Shown here: piece by piece, positions 34,455 to 47,720 of the stretch | How positions within the stretch are numbered: the first letter of the stretch is position 1 | Layout: every line of letters begins with the position of its first letter | Source: the human T2T-CHM13v2.0 reference genome, Homo sapiens | Assembly (NCBI RefSeq): GCF_009914755.1 | Contig: NC_060935.1 | Strand: one strand, 5' to 3' | Length of the DNA: 64,000 bases | Made by a program: the position numbers and the translations under genes | Notes under the pieces: generated by a model | Told to the model about the DNA's origin: nothing | Seen by the model: the letters and a program-made list of their open reading frames with translations, nothing else | Database searches by the model: none

Positions 34455-35464
34455 TTACAATTTGGCATGTTTTTGCAGTGGCTGGTACTGATTGTTCCTT
34501 TCCATGTTGAGTGCTTCCTTCAGAAGCTCTAGTAGGGCAGGCCTGGTGGTGACAAAATCTCTCAGCATTTGCTCGTCTGTAAAGAATTTTATTTCTCCTT
34601 CACTTATGAAGCTTAGTTTGGCTGGATATGAAATTCTGGATTAAAAATTCTTTTCTTTAAGAATGTGGAATATCGGCCCCCACTCTCTTGTGGCTTGTAG
34701 AGTTTCTGCTGAGAGATCCCCTGTTAGTCTGATTGGCTTTCCTTTGTGGGTAACTCGACCTTTCTCTCTGGCTGCCTTTAACATTTTTCCTTCATTTCAA
34801 CTTTGGTGAATCTGACAATTCTTGTCTTGGAGTTGCTCTTCTCGAGGAATATCTTTGTGCCATTCTCTGTATTTCCTGAATGTGAATGCTGGCCTGCTTT
34901 GCTAGGTTGAGGAAGTTCTCCTGGATAACATCCTGCAGTGTGTTTTCCAACTTGGTTGCATTCTCCCTGTCACTTTCAGGTACACCAATCAGACGGAGAT
35001 TTGGTCTTTTCACATAGTCCCATATTTCTTGGATGCTTTGTTCATTTCTTTTTACTCTTTTTTCTCTAAACTTCTCTTCTCACTTCATTCATTTGATATT
35101 CAATCACTGATACACTTTCTTCCAGTTGATCAAATTGGCCACTGAAGCTTGTGCATTCATCACGTAGTTCTCATGCCATGCTTTTCAGCTCCATCAGGTC
35201 ATTTAAGGACTTCTCTACACTGGTTATTCTAGTTAGCCATTCACTTAATCTTTTTTCAAGGTTTTTAGCTTCTTTGTGATGGGTTAGAACTTCCTCCTTT
35301 ACCTTGGAGAAGTCTGATCATCTGAAGCCTACTTCTCTCAACTCATCAAAGTCATTCTCTGTCCAGCTTTGTTCTGTTGCTGGCGAGGAGCTGCATTCCT
35401 TTGGAGGGGCAGAGGTGCTCTGATTTTTAGAATTTTCAGCTTTTCTGCTCTGTTTTTTCCCCAT
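34455..35464 (-). pseudogene. L1 ORF1, disrupted
   Basis: Starts atggggaaaaaacagagc at 35464; fragment KRPNLRLIGVPE...ENTLQDVIQENF; no continuous ORF. Confidence 0.9.
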
Positions 35465-36039
35465 CTTTGTGATTTTATCTACCTTTGGTCTTTGATGATT
35501 GTGACGTACCGATGGGGTTTTGGTGTGGATGTCCTTTCTGTTTGTTAGTTTTCCTTCTAACAGTAAAGACCCTCAGCTGCACATCTTTTGGAGTTTGCTG
35601 GAGGTACACTCCAGACCCTGGTTGCTTGGGTATCAGCAGCGGAGGCTGCGGAAGAGCGAATATTGCTAAACAGCAAATGTTGCTGCCTGATCCTTCCTCT
35701 GGAAGCTTTGTCTCACAGGGGTACCTGGCCGTGTGAGGTGTCACTCTGCCCCTACTGGGGGCTGCCTCCCAGTTAGGCTACTCAGGGGTCAGGGACCCAC
35801 TTGAGGAGGCAGTCTGTCCATTCTCAGATCTCCAGCTGCATGCTGGGAGAACCACTACTCTCTTCAAAACTGTCAGACAGGGACATTTAAGTCTGCAGAG
35901 GTTTCTGCTGCCTTTTGTTTGGCTATGCTCTGCCCCCAGAAGTGGAGTCTACAGAGGCAGGCAGGCCTCCTTGAGCTGTGGTGGGCTCCACCCAGTTTGA
36001 GCTTCCCGGCGGCTTTGTTTACCTACTCAAGCCTCAGCA

Positions 36040-36222
36040 ATGGCAGGCACCCCACCCCCAGTCTCGCTGCCACCTTGCAGTTCAATCTCAGACTGCTGTG
36101 CTAGCAATGAGCGAGGCTCCGTTGGAGTGGGACCCTCTGAGCCATGCAGGGGATATAATCTCCTGGTGTGCCGTTTGCTAAGACCATTGGAAAAGTGCAG
36201 CATTAGGATGGCAGTGACCTAA
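36040..36222 (+). pseudogene. L1 antisense ORF0 homologue, truncated to 60 aa
   Basis: MAGTPPPVSLPPCSSISDCCASNERGSVGVGPSEP matches primate L1 ORF0 (MAGAPPPASLPPCSLISDCCASNQRDSVGVGPSEP...). Confidence 0.88.
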
Positions 36223-36470
36223 TTTTCCAGGTGCCGTCTGTCACAGCTTCCCTTGGCTAGGAAAGGGAATTCCCTGACCCCTGCACTTCCTGGGTGAGGC
36301 GATGCCTTGCCCTGCTTTGGCACATGCTCAGTGGGCTACATCCACTGTCCTGCACCCACTGTCCGACAAGTCCCAGTGAGATGAACCTGGTACCTCAGTT
36401 GGAAATGCAGAAATCCCCTGTCTTCTGCATCACTCATGCTGGGAGCTGTAAACTGGAGCTGTTCCTATTT

Positions 36471-36480
36471 GGCCATCTTG
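36471..36480 (-). promoter_or_regulatory. YY1 site at the L1 5' end
   Basis: CAAGATGGCC is intact on the - strand at the known position in the L1 promoter. Confidence 0.85.
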
Positions 36481-38469
36481 GAACCCAGCCCGATAGTTGA
36501 ATCTTATGGGATAAGGGAATCTAAGCTCTTCAAAAAACAAAGAAACCCAACAACTTACAAATATAAACATGAACATTTTAATCAAGCTTGCATGAAATGA
36601 AAGTATTTGTAGATCTGTTTGAAGCACATTTTTATGGTTAAAAAAAAAACATGGATTTTATTTCCATTGAAGATTATTGAGGATTTCGGGTAAATCATCT
36701 TCAGCCTGAATCCCTTCTGCTCTTCCTTACCCATAATGCTCCTGTGTCATGAAGGGTCTTAATGCTTATTGAGCTCTGTTAAGTTTTCCACAATTAAAAC
36801 TCAAATTATCCAGCATTTACTTTTAATCAATGCTCACTTTATTTTCTCATTTAAGGAATCATTTTCTCATAAGTGGAAAATAAATTACAGTGTTCCTCTC
36901 CCAAGCTCCTTCTTGTCTTTGGACTATATAGTTTCTCATGCATGATGTGGATTATTGATTAATCCCCACTAACACCAAGTGGAGAGAATAAGGACATTTA
37001 TATCCTCACACAGATGTATACACAGTTACACACACATGCACACACACATACCTTGAATATACATACTAGTGAAGCAGTGATATTTGGGTGTGCATGTCTA
37101 ACACATTTATTATTTGATAATCTAAACTTCCTTCAGATGCAAGCAGAGAACATGTATATTATTTTTCACAGCTTTTGATTTGAATCACTCAGTAGGCTCC
37201 TCTTTTCTCTGAATAAAATATAAGAATGTCCCCATAGAACTTCGAGCCATATTTAGATACCAACAAATTTTGTTTAAAACCAGATCATTTTAATATAGAG
37301 GGAGTATAGCTCCCTCTTTCTATATCCTCTGCTCCCTCTATGTGAACTCTAGAAGTCCTCTTATTTTTAGACATGTTTTAGCATGAGCAACATATCCTTC
37401 TATCTTTAAACTCCAGGGAACGCATGTACACTAAGTGATTCTTTGGAGTTCCATTCTCTTGACTTGTGAGAAAAGGAAAGCATCTCTCTTCCTCATGGAG
37501 AGGGGTAAAAATATAATAATCCAACCTCTCTCTCTTTCTTCCCTGCTACCACCCAATCTTCTGCAACAGCCACAATGATGCTTAACTTCCTGTTCTATAT
37601 GCTGGAGGTAGGTGATGGGTGATGTACTGGTGCTAGCAGAACCTGTCTTTGGCCACCTAGATTTGGAAGTCCTATATGTGGTGGGAAGAAGATGTTTAAG
37701 AATCAGGCTTCCAATTTTTTCTCTCCCTTTATGGTGGGTTTGGGGAGATGTTTTTGGGGAAAAAAAAAGGTTCCCCAGTGGATAGACTTCTTAGAAAACA
37801 ATGATATCTGCTTTCAGGAGACTCATCATTAATAGAAAGCTTTCAGCAAGATATATCTGATCTTTCTAGGATTATTTACAGAAAACAAACAAACAAAGCT
37901 GGAATCCATGGATTTATGAGGCATAGTTCTCCAGAAAATATCGTGTAAGCCAAATAATGATTTAAACATTAAATGGAGATTTTTCATGACCAAAACAATA
38001 CCTTTCCATGTAAGTAATATGTCTCCATATACAAGATAAAGTAACCTGAACCAAAGTGCATCTGTCTGTAGTAAGAGAGGCCCTGGGAAGCTGCATGGGC
38101 AGTCCTGAACTTCTCTCTGCTTTGGCTCTGCCTCATGATTATTTGTGTCCTTCAAATTATTATGAAAGCTTGAATTTGCAGAACATCTCTGATTCTTAAG
38201 CACCTGAACAAACAGACCAATTTTCTGTGTTATCTCAGATGGTCTAACCCTTTGCTTTAGAAGGTAGACTTACATTTCATTTTTTTTTAATGTTTGGCAT
38301 CAAAAAAGGATGTTTCTCTCTGAGATATCCTTACTTCATATGTAATAATAAAGGAACTTCTTAATTTTGTTTGGTTTTGTTTAGGGATCAAATCTAAAAA
38401 GTGCTCTTTGAATGTTAGGTTTTTCCTGATTCCAATATACAGGATGCCACACCTTGAAGGTGGCCTCTG

Positions 38470-38575
38470 TAACTGATCTCCACTAGACGATGAACTTCTT
38501 AAGGGCAGGGACCACATAGGAGTCACCTTAGGATCACTGGCATCTAGCACAGAACGGATGTTCAAAAAAATGAGT
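38470..38575 (+). mobile_element. L2 3' end
   Basis: ccactagacgatgaacttcttaagggcagggacc...gcatctagcacag. Confidence 0.7.
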
Positions 38576-38761
38576 AGTGGTGATTTTAGTTGGTGTTCAG
38601 GACCTGTTGTTTGCTGGAGTTTATGAATGAGGAATGGGCCTGAAATAATATTTAATTGTGTCTCAAGGGCTTTATTTTTGGCTGTAGAATAGGTTGTGGC
38701 ACAAGCCTGGGAGTAGAGAAGGTAGAAGGCACCAGAACATAACTGATATATACTCCCCTGC

Positions 38762-39096
38762 TGTATTACTCCATTCTCACACTGCTAATAAATACATACC
38801 CAAGACTGGGTAATTTATAAAGGAAAGGGGTTTAATTGACTCAGAGTTCCACATGGCTGGGGAGGCCTCACAATCATGGTGGTAGGCAAAGGAAGAGCAA
38901 AGAGAGAGAGATGTGCAAGGGAACTCCCTTTATAAAACTATCAGATCTCATGAGACGTATTCATTATCATGAGAACAGCACAGGACAGACCCGCCTTCAT
39001 GATTCAGTTACCTCCCACCGGGTACTTCCCATGACACATAGGAATTATGGGAGCTACAATGTGAGATTTGGGTGGGGAAACAGACAAACCGTATCA
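38762..39096 (-). mobile_element. THE1C-like MaLR solo LTR
   Basis: TG...CA ends, gagatttgggtgggga...aaaccgtatca terminus, 5-bp TSD cctgc/cccgc. Confidence 0.92.
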
Positions 39097-39227
39097 CCCG
39101 CTAAACATCATGCATAAATTTCAGCCTTATACAGTGAAGGGAGCCGTTTTCTGATTATACTGAGATTTGGGCATAAGTCATTTCGCTTTGGTTGCAAATC
39201 ATGTGATAGATTATGGAAGAAGGGTAT

Positions 39228-39599
39228 TAATATAGTTTGGCTCTGTGTCCCTACCCAAATCTCACCTTGAATTATACTCCCCATGATCCTCACGTGTCAA
39301 GGGTGGGACCAGGTGGAGGTAACTGTATCATGGGGTGGTTTCCCCCATGCTGTTCTTGTGATAATGAGTGAGTCTCAAGAAATCTGATGGTTTTATAACT
39401 GGCATTTCCCCTGCTACACTCACTCTGTCCTGCCACCCTGTGAAGAAAGTGCCTGCTTCTCTTTTGCCTTCTTTCATGATTGCAAGTCTCCTGCAGCCCT
39501 CACAGCACAGTGGAATTGTGAGTTAATGAAATCTCTTGTCTTTATAAATTCCCCAGCCTTGGGTATTTCTTCATTGCAGCATGAGAACGAACTAATACA
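39228..39599 (+). mobile_element. THE1D-like MaLR solo LTR
   Basis: taatatagtttggctctgtgtccctacccaaatctca...gaactaataca; TSD ggtat/tgtat. Confidence 0.92.
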
Positions 39600-40189
39600 T
39601 GTATTCTTCCTTTTATTCTTGGAGCAGTATTGTTCAGACAGTGTGATAACCAAGGGATCATACAGCATTGTACAGTCAGTTGAACTTTTGGCTGTGGAAG
39701 TGCATGAAACCCCTGCCTTGTCAGGAATCAGTATTCTCATGTAGAAAGCAGTAGTCATATGATAGATGTTATTCTCAAGTAGCATGGAAGACAGAGGCTA
39801 TCAGTAAAAACTGCATACTAGAAAAACACAAAAAAATTGTTTATGACCAGGTAGAGGAAACATCTGTGGATTTACAATACAGACAAAGAAACTAGAGAAA
39901 GTTTCGATTTGGATGGCAGGGGGAGGAGGTTCAAAGTTCTACATCAAGCAGGTTGGAATAGTGAAATAATGAAATACATGTATTCATGTCAAGGTGTTAT
40001 TTGTTGTACCAAGAGTCTATTGGACTCTGGAGAAATATTGATTACAAAAATTGGCTGAGTGAATGGAAATATCCAAGTGTTTATTTTTCTAAGTCCAATA
40101 CAATAAAAAAGTTCCAGATAATATTACACAAGAAAAATTTTAAATTGGGATTAAATAATAAAAGGAGATCAAAGAGGTCATAAACTTTG

Positions 40190-40647
40190 ATGTGTCTGCT
40201 AGAGCAGAGTTAGGCTGAAGACAACAGTTTATTTCCAAACAGAGATATTATCATGTGTTGAGTGACTTACAAAATCACTGGAAAGGTTGTGGAAGAAAGC
40301 TCTACCCTGAGAGTCCAGGAATTTCTACCAGTGGTAGGGAAGCTTCCACCTGAGCTTTCAGCAAGCCATCACATTAGGAAATCACTAACCAGTTTGCACT
40401 GTTTCTCACAATTTACAACAGAATGAATGCCTTATGCTCTGCTCCTCTCCCCACTCAATTCAGTTTCAAATCCAAATCTCATACAAGTGCATCAAGTTGG
40501 TAGAACCTTAACCAGATCTAGAACACCAGCAGCAGGGAAATCTGAGATATGCAGCTTTCAGCTTTCCAGCCTCTACAATTTGGAAAGACGCCACAGAATG
40601 TTGTTGGAATGGATGCGAAACTAGCCATTGCGCAGAACCCATCATGG
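40190..40647. mobile_element. Old MLT1-type LTR relic
   Basis: gcagggaaatctgagatatgcagctttcagctttccagcctctac...gttggaatggatg resembles MLT1-family LTRs. Confidence 0.5.
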
Positions 40648-41769
40648 TCAGGGTTTAGAAAATTTACTTCATCCCATACCTTACACTGTTTATTTATTCA
40701 TATAATAAATATTTATTGAATGTCTGTTAGGTTTTAGATCCCATTTCTTGGTTTTATCAATAAACATGATAGAAAGGTAGAGAAAAATAAGCTTGGGTTC
40801 TTTTTCTCTTTATTTTTATTTTATTTTATTCTACTTTGAAAGTAAAATTTGAGGTAGTATGATTTGAAGCTGGGTGTGCCTTCTGTAAGAGATGTCTTTG
40901 TCTCTGCAGAAGGAGAACAGGTCAGGGAGTGGTTGAGGGGAACAGGAGGCAGACTGCTGGCTAGTTAGAATTGGCTGTGTTCTCAGCCTTGAAGAGGAAG
41001 GATGATAGGAATTATAAGGTTTTAGAATTTCCTAGCTATATGCACCAGGGTAAAGAGTAGAAAGGTCAGGATAGAATTTATTTGGCTAGAATGTCCCTTT
41101 CATTTGATCTCAGAAACTAAGCCTGACCATAACAGCTGAAGGGAATAGGTTGGAGCACTCAACTGAGAGGAAATGCAAACACAAAACCTTAGATAGCAGG
41201 GCACATACCTGCAGCAAAAGGATAGCAATTGTACAGAGGGACATGGACTTCAGCCTAAGCCCTTCAGAACTGCTGCGAGCAGAAGCGAGGAAAAGCATGG
41301 AGTGCAGGTAATTCCCTGATACAGTCAAATACAGAGTCTCAAAATGTAAAAGATGCCAATTATTTCATAAGATTCTTCCCTTAGGTGTTTCATTTTTCCA
41401 GTTATGGACTTGGACTGAAAATGCTGTGAGGAGAGCTAGATACCATATATGTCAAAATATGAGGAAAAATTATCAAAGAAATAGTCAAATTTGGTAGTAT
41501 TTTAAAGTTTGAGTGAAATAAATTATTATTTAAAAATAACCACTCATCTATTAGTAATGAACTTGAATTTTCATGTTTTTGTCTGGATTCTTAAAGAACT
41601 CTGTTAAAAGGAATTGTCTGAAATTTCACCAAAGTGCTCAAGCTCATTTAGACATCTATAATTACCTTTACAGCCCATTTATGAGGTGAGTGGAGGAAGT
41701 AAAAAACAATTTTTATAAATCTGAAAATTATGAAGCAATAGTTATTAATGGGATGAGTGTTACATAATG

Positions 41770-42010
41770 ACAATTGCTACCTTTTACTGAGAAGTTGCCA
41801 TAGAGTAGGGGTTGAAAGTCCTTTGCTTTCATTATAGCTAATCCTCACAAGTCTGCATGGTAGATATGTTTGTTCCCCACTGACAAATTGGGAAGCCGAG
41901 GCTGAGGGAGGCTAAAGCAATCACTAGCATTTGCAAAGCCAAGAAGTATTAGAACCAGCATTTGAACCTAGGCTAATGTGATTCCAAAATCTATAGTTTT
42001 TTTTCGGCAC
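41770..42010 (-). mobile_element. MIR SINE
   Basis: taatcctcacaa...gggaagccgaggctgagggaggctaa...agcatttgaacctaggc. Confidence 0.7.
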
Positions 42011-43099
42011 ACCTCATGACTAATACCAAGACACTGTACAATCATCACCAGAACACCACAAAGCTGCCCCCTGTCCACTACTCTGCTATCATCAGAAGTG
42101 CTAATAGAATCAAGATCTTCATACTCAGGTAAGTACTTTAGTGGCTTGAGCATAAACAAATAAATACATAAAAATCTTTGGGACTCCCAAAGATTTCTTG
42201 TACAATACAATATCTTGTGTTTGCTTCTTGAAGCTTCCTCCCATGTTCTTTATCCTGTTTGTCTCAGTTATAAGGTTAGGTGCAAGGCTGTTCTTGCTTT
42301 GGAAAAATATTCTGTAGCCATTTGGTGCATGTGAGTGTTCTCTTAGGATACTGAACTTCCCTGTTTTCCATTAATGTTTATATAGTATCTTTTTGCATGT
42401 AGCTTCTGCTGATCAAGATTTAGGCATGGGCCATGAACTCCAACATTCTAGCAAGACACAGGACAGCTTGAATAATCTAATAAGCAAAAAACAAGAGGCT
42501 GCTTATAGCTAGAGGCTGCCTCCCTAGTCCTACAAGTTTGTATCCACAAGATCATGTTTAAGTTGTATAACTGAAACTCAGAAATCATTAACTTTGTTTC
42601 AAACTGATATTCAAGTGCTGCCAATGGCCAAGGGCAGGAATGGGAAAGAACAGCTCCTGGCAGTGCAGAGGAATCATTTAGGACTTATCCTGCCCTGTGG
42701 TCGTGTCCAATGTTCTGTTGGTGGGTCTTCCCAGACAGAAAATCTCCTTTGGAGGGGCCAGTGCTGTGGAGCAACAATTTGATCCACCCACTGAATTTTT
42801 CATTGGCCATTTCTACAGACGACAGCTTTGTGGACAAAAAAGTCTATCCTTTATATGTAAGATGCCAAAAATCATGATATTAAAGATAGTTTTAGTTAGG
42901 TCAGGAGCTCTTAATGTGTGACCTACATATGGGCTTTCAAAGGGTTCAACAGTCCACTGAATTTTAAAGGAAGATAGTAGTGTTATTTGTGCAGATGTGA
43001 ACGTTTGTGTGGGTGGGAAAGTCCACAAGCAAGGTCTGAGATTTTTAAAAAAGGAGGAGGGAGTATAAAAAGGCAAGTATGTGCTAAATCAAAACAAAC

Positions 43100-43951
<852 letters not shown>

Positions 43952-46425
43952 GGTAAGAGGTTGGATGTGTCTCCTAAAGTTCATGTGTTGGAAACTTAAT
44001 CCCCAATGCAATAGTGTAGAGAGGTGAGGCCTTTAAGAGGTAGTTAGGACATAAGGGCTTTGCTCTAATTAATAGATTAATGCTATTATTCAGGAGTGGA
44101 TCAGTTATCACGGGAGTGGGTTCCCGATAAAAGGATGAGTTTGCCCTGCTTCCTCTCCCTATCTGCAGCTCTTTTCTCCTTCCTCCTTTCACCATGTGAT
44201 GACACAGCACAAAGGCCCTCACCAAATGCAGCCCCTTAAAGTTAGAACCATGTGTCAAATAAATTTCTGTTCATTATAAGTTATCCAGTCTCAAATATTC
44301 TGTTATAGCAGCACAAAACACACTAAAAAAATTAGTGTTGAGAAGTGAGGCTATTGCTGGAACAAACACTTGAAAATGTGCAAGTGGCTTTGGAACTGGG
44401 TGATAGGTAGAAGCTGGAAAATTCTGTACACTCAGGAAAGAAAAAGCTTATATTGCCACGGAACATTAAGAGCAATTCTAGTGAGGGCCCAGAAGGAGAA
44501 AAGAGCTGTAGCGAGAGCCTAAACCTTTGTAGGGATTACTTAAGTGGTTGTGATCAAAATGTTGGTAGAAATATGGAAACTGAAAGCTATTTTGATAAGT
44601 TCTCAGACGGAACTGAGGAACAAGGGAGTGAAATCTGGAATAAAGGCCATCTTTATTATACAGTTGCAAAAAACTTGGCAGAATTGTGTCCAGGTTCCAG
44701 GACTTTGTGGATGGCAGAACTTAAGAGGAATGAACTAAGATATCTGGCAGAATAAGTATCAAAGCAGCAAAGCATTCAAGGTGCTACATGGCTTCTTTTG
44801 GCCACTACAGTAACATAAGAGAAAAGAGAAATTATTTAACAGAGAAATTTATAATTAAAAGCAAAGCAGAACAGAAAGATTTGGAAAGCTTTCAGCTTGG
44901 TCATGTACAGAATAAAAAAGTATGTTAAGGGGCAAATACAAAGGGTGTGCCCAAGTGACCATTTGGTAAAGAGATTAATATGGATAGAATAAATCCAGGC
45001 TGTATTAATCAAGACAATGGAGAAAATTACCCCAAAGACATTTCAGTGATCAAGGCAAGCTAGGTCCTTGAGAGCAAGGTTTTCAGAGAAGTACACATGG
45101 GACCTCAGTATTTGCTGCCTGGGGCCACCTCAAGACTCTGCTTTCTGCATCCCAGTGCAGTGCTCCTTGGCTGTCCCAGCCATAGCTCAAGCATGCCAGG
45201 TGCATCTCATGCCACAGCTCCAAAGGGTGCAAACAGTAAGCTTTGGCGGCATCCACATGATGCTCCAGTGCACGTCAAGTCTGCAGACAGAGTGCACGAG
45301 CTGTGAGGCCATGGTGACCTCCACTGGATTTCAAAGGATGTATTGAACAGCCAGGGGCCCAGGCAGAAACTTGTCACAGGAACAGAGCCACCACAGTAAG
45401 CTGCTACTAGGGCAGTGCCCAGCAAGGCCACAGGAGAGAAGCCCCTGCAGAGAGTGCCTATAGGTAATGTCTAGCAGGGCCATGGGAGTGGGGCAGCCCC
45501 CGCAAGACCTCAGAACTGTTGAGCCACCTGCATGCAATTCCAGTCTGGGAAAGCTGTAGGCATGAGACCTGTGAGAGCTGCTGGGTGAACTGAGCCCAGC
45601 AAAGCCAAAGGAGCAGGGCTCCCTGAGGCACTGGGTATCTAGTCCCTGCCCCAGTGTGCCTAGGAGGTGAGACATGGAGTCAAAAGAGATTATACTGGAA
45701 TCTTAACATTTATGACTGTTTTCACTCTTGGATTTTGGACTTACTTGCGACCAGCTACTTCTTTCTTTTTGCCTGTTTCATCCTTTTGGAATGGGAATGT
45801 CTATCTTTTGTCTATCTCACTGTATTTTGGAAGCATGTACTTGTTTTGGTTTCATGTGCTCATAGCTGGAGGGGAATTTGCCTCAGCATAGATCATGCCT
45901 TGAGTCTCACTCAATCTGATTTTGATGAGAATCTGGACTTTGGACTTTACAGTTGATGTTGGAACAACTTATGACTTTATTGGGGCTATTGGGATGGAAT
46001 TAATATATTTCACATATGAGAAGAACATACATTTGAGGGGCAAAGGGTGAAATGCTATGATTTGAATGTGTTCCTGAAAGTTTATGGGCTGGGAATTTAG
46101 CCTCCAATGCAACAGTGTTGAGAGATGGGAGCTTTTAGGTTGTGAGGGTTCTGCCCTCATTAATGGATTAATGCCATTAACATGTAAGTAGGTTAGTTAT
46201 TGCAGGAGTGAGTTCTTGATAAAAGAAGGAGTTTGACTCCATTTCTGTCTCTCTCTTGCATGCTCTTCTACCCTTCCACCTTCTGCCTTCTGCTGTGACA
46301 TGATACAGTAAGAAGGCCCTCACTAGATGCTGAGAAGATGCCAATGCCACTGCCATGCCCTTGGACTTCCCAGCCTCCAGAATCATGAGCCAAATAAATT
46401 TCTGTTCATTGTAAGTTATCCACAT
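43952..46425 (+). mobile_element. MST (MSTC/D-like) MaLR element: 5' LTR 43952-44330, internal region about 44330-46052, 3' LTR from 46053 (interrupted)
   Basis: Two similar LTRs flank an internal segment starting aaattagtgttgagaagtgaggctattgct. A polypurine tract gaggggcaaagggtgaaa precedes tgctatg. Confidence 0.9.
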
Positions 46426-47229
46426 TGAAAATGAATGGAGGAAGGATGAAGATGTGAGCTGAAGGGAGAGGAAGCTGACAACCCTGCACCAGGCTACCTA
46501 CCATCAGGACTTTTTCTTGGTTCCCAGGAACTCCTGGGGAAAAGGTGAGGTGGACAGGTGAGGAGTAGCCTGATCTCACCATGTACCTCTGGGCAACAGA
46601 AAACTCCACAACACCTATGGACACTTAAGTTGGCAGGAAGAGCTGCTTAGAGAAGTAGGAGGAGCAGGACCCAAGACTGCATGGGTTTGGTGCAGGAATA
46701 TCTCTAGTGGGGCACAGCCAGGGATACCCTTCACCCAAGGCCTGCCAGATTCCTCTAGGAGACTTTAGATATTGGGGGACTGCTGAACCTGGAGAGAGTA
46801 GGGTGGTCTTGGCTTTGAGACGGGACCAGTCCAATCTGAGCACACCCCTGTCCACTGGCCTCTCCTAGGGCCCCAGACCTGGCCATGCCCACTGGCGGGA
46901 CAGCCTTAGATGCCCAACCAGGGTGCTTCACAGGGGCCCTCATCATAGCTTCTTTACCTGCAGACCACAACTGACCATCTAAGAGCTCCAGCAGATTGGT
47001 CCCAGCTGACATGCAGTGACTCACTCACACCCTCTCCCAATCTTTCCTATGCTGCTTTGCTGGCATGTACTCACCCATGGCCAACCCCCTACTGCTTTGC
47101 TGGCATGCCTGCACGTGGGTGAGCCTCACCTTTGTCCTATGCCAGGGAGTATGTGCATGATTACCCTGCTGTGCCACTTCTGCTGGTGTGAGTTCAACCT
47201 GTTGCCACCCCAAACACCTATTCTGGCAC

Positions 47230-47720
47230 GCGGGCACCCAGCCACACTGCCAATGCCAGCATGAACACACAGACAGATGCCAGCAATCTTGCCCCCATCC
47301 CCTGAAGCCATTGCCACCAGAGTGAATAAGTGCATAGATGCCAGTGGCTCTGCTCCCCCCATGATGACACCACCACCATTGTAAACACACACATGAACAC
47401 CAGTAACCTTGCCCAACCCCGTGCTGTGACCACCATGAATGTGCACATGGAGGCCAGTAATCCCCATGCCCACCAGTACCCCCACTGCACTGCTGCTGCC
47501 AGTGTGAGTGCAAACACAGACACCAGCAAACCTGCCCCTGACTGTGCCCCAGTGCTGGCATGAGAATGTGCAGGAATGCCACAGCCCTGTTTCCACTGGT
47601 TTACCCCACCCCAGCCAATGTATGTGCACCCTGCCACACTGCCATGGTTGCTGGCATGCAAAAGTGAGCAAGGATCCTGATGCCACCACCCCAGTGAAGC
47701 ACTCTGGCCAGTAGCACCCA
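47230..47720. repeat. Degenerate ~60-bp tandem repeats in the L1 5'UTR
   Basis: A unit of the form ...gccagtgtgagtgcaaacacagacaccagcaaacctgccc recurs about 6-7 times. Confidence 0.7.

Noticed and set aside
44453-45675. Multiple 60-114 aa ORFs
   Set aside because: Decayed MaLR internal region with no continuous frame.
47230-47720. Regularly spaced repeats superficially like a CRISPR array
   Set aside because: Degenerate tandem units inside an L1 5'UTR in primate DNA; no identical repeats with unique spacers and no cas genes.
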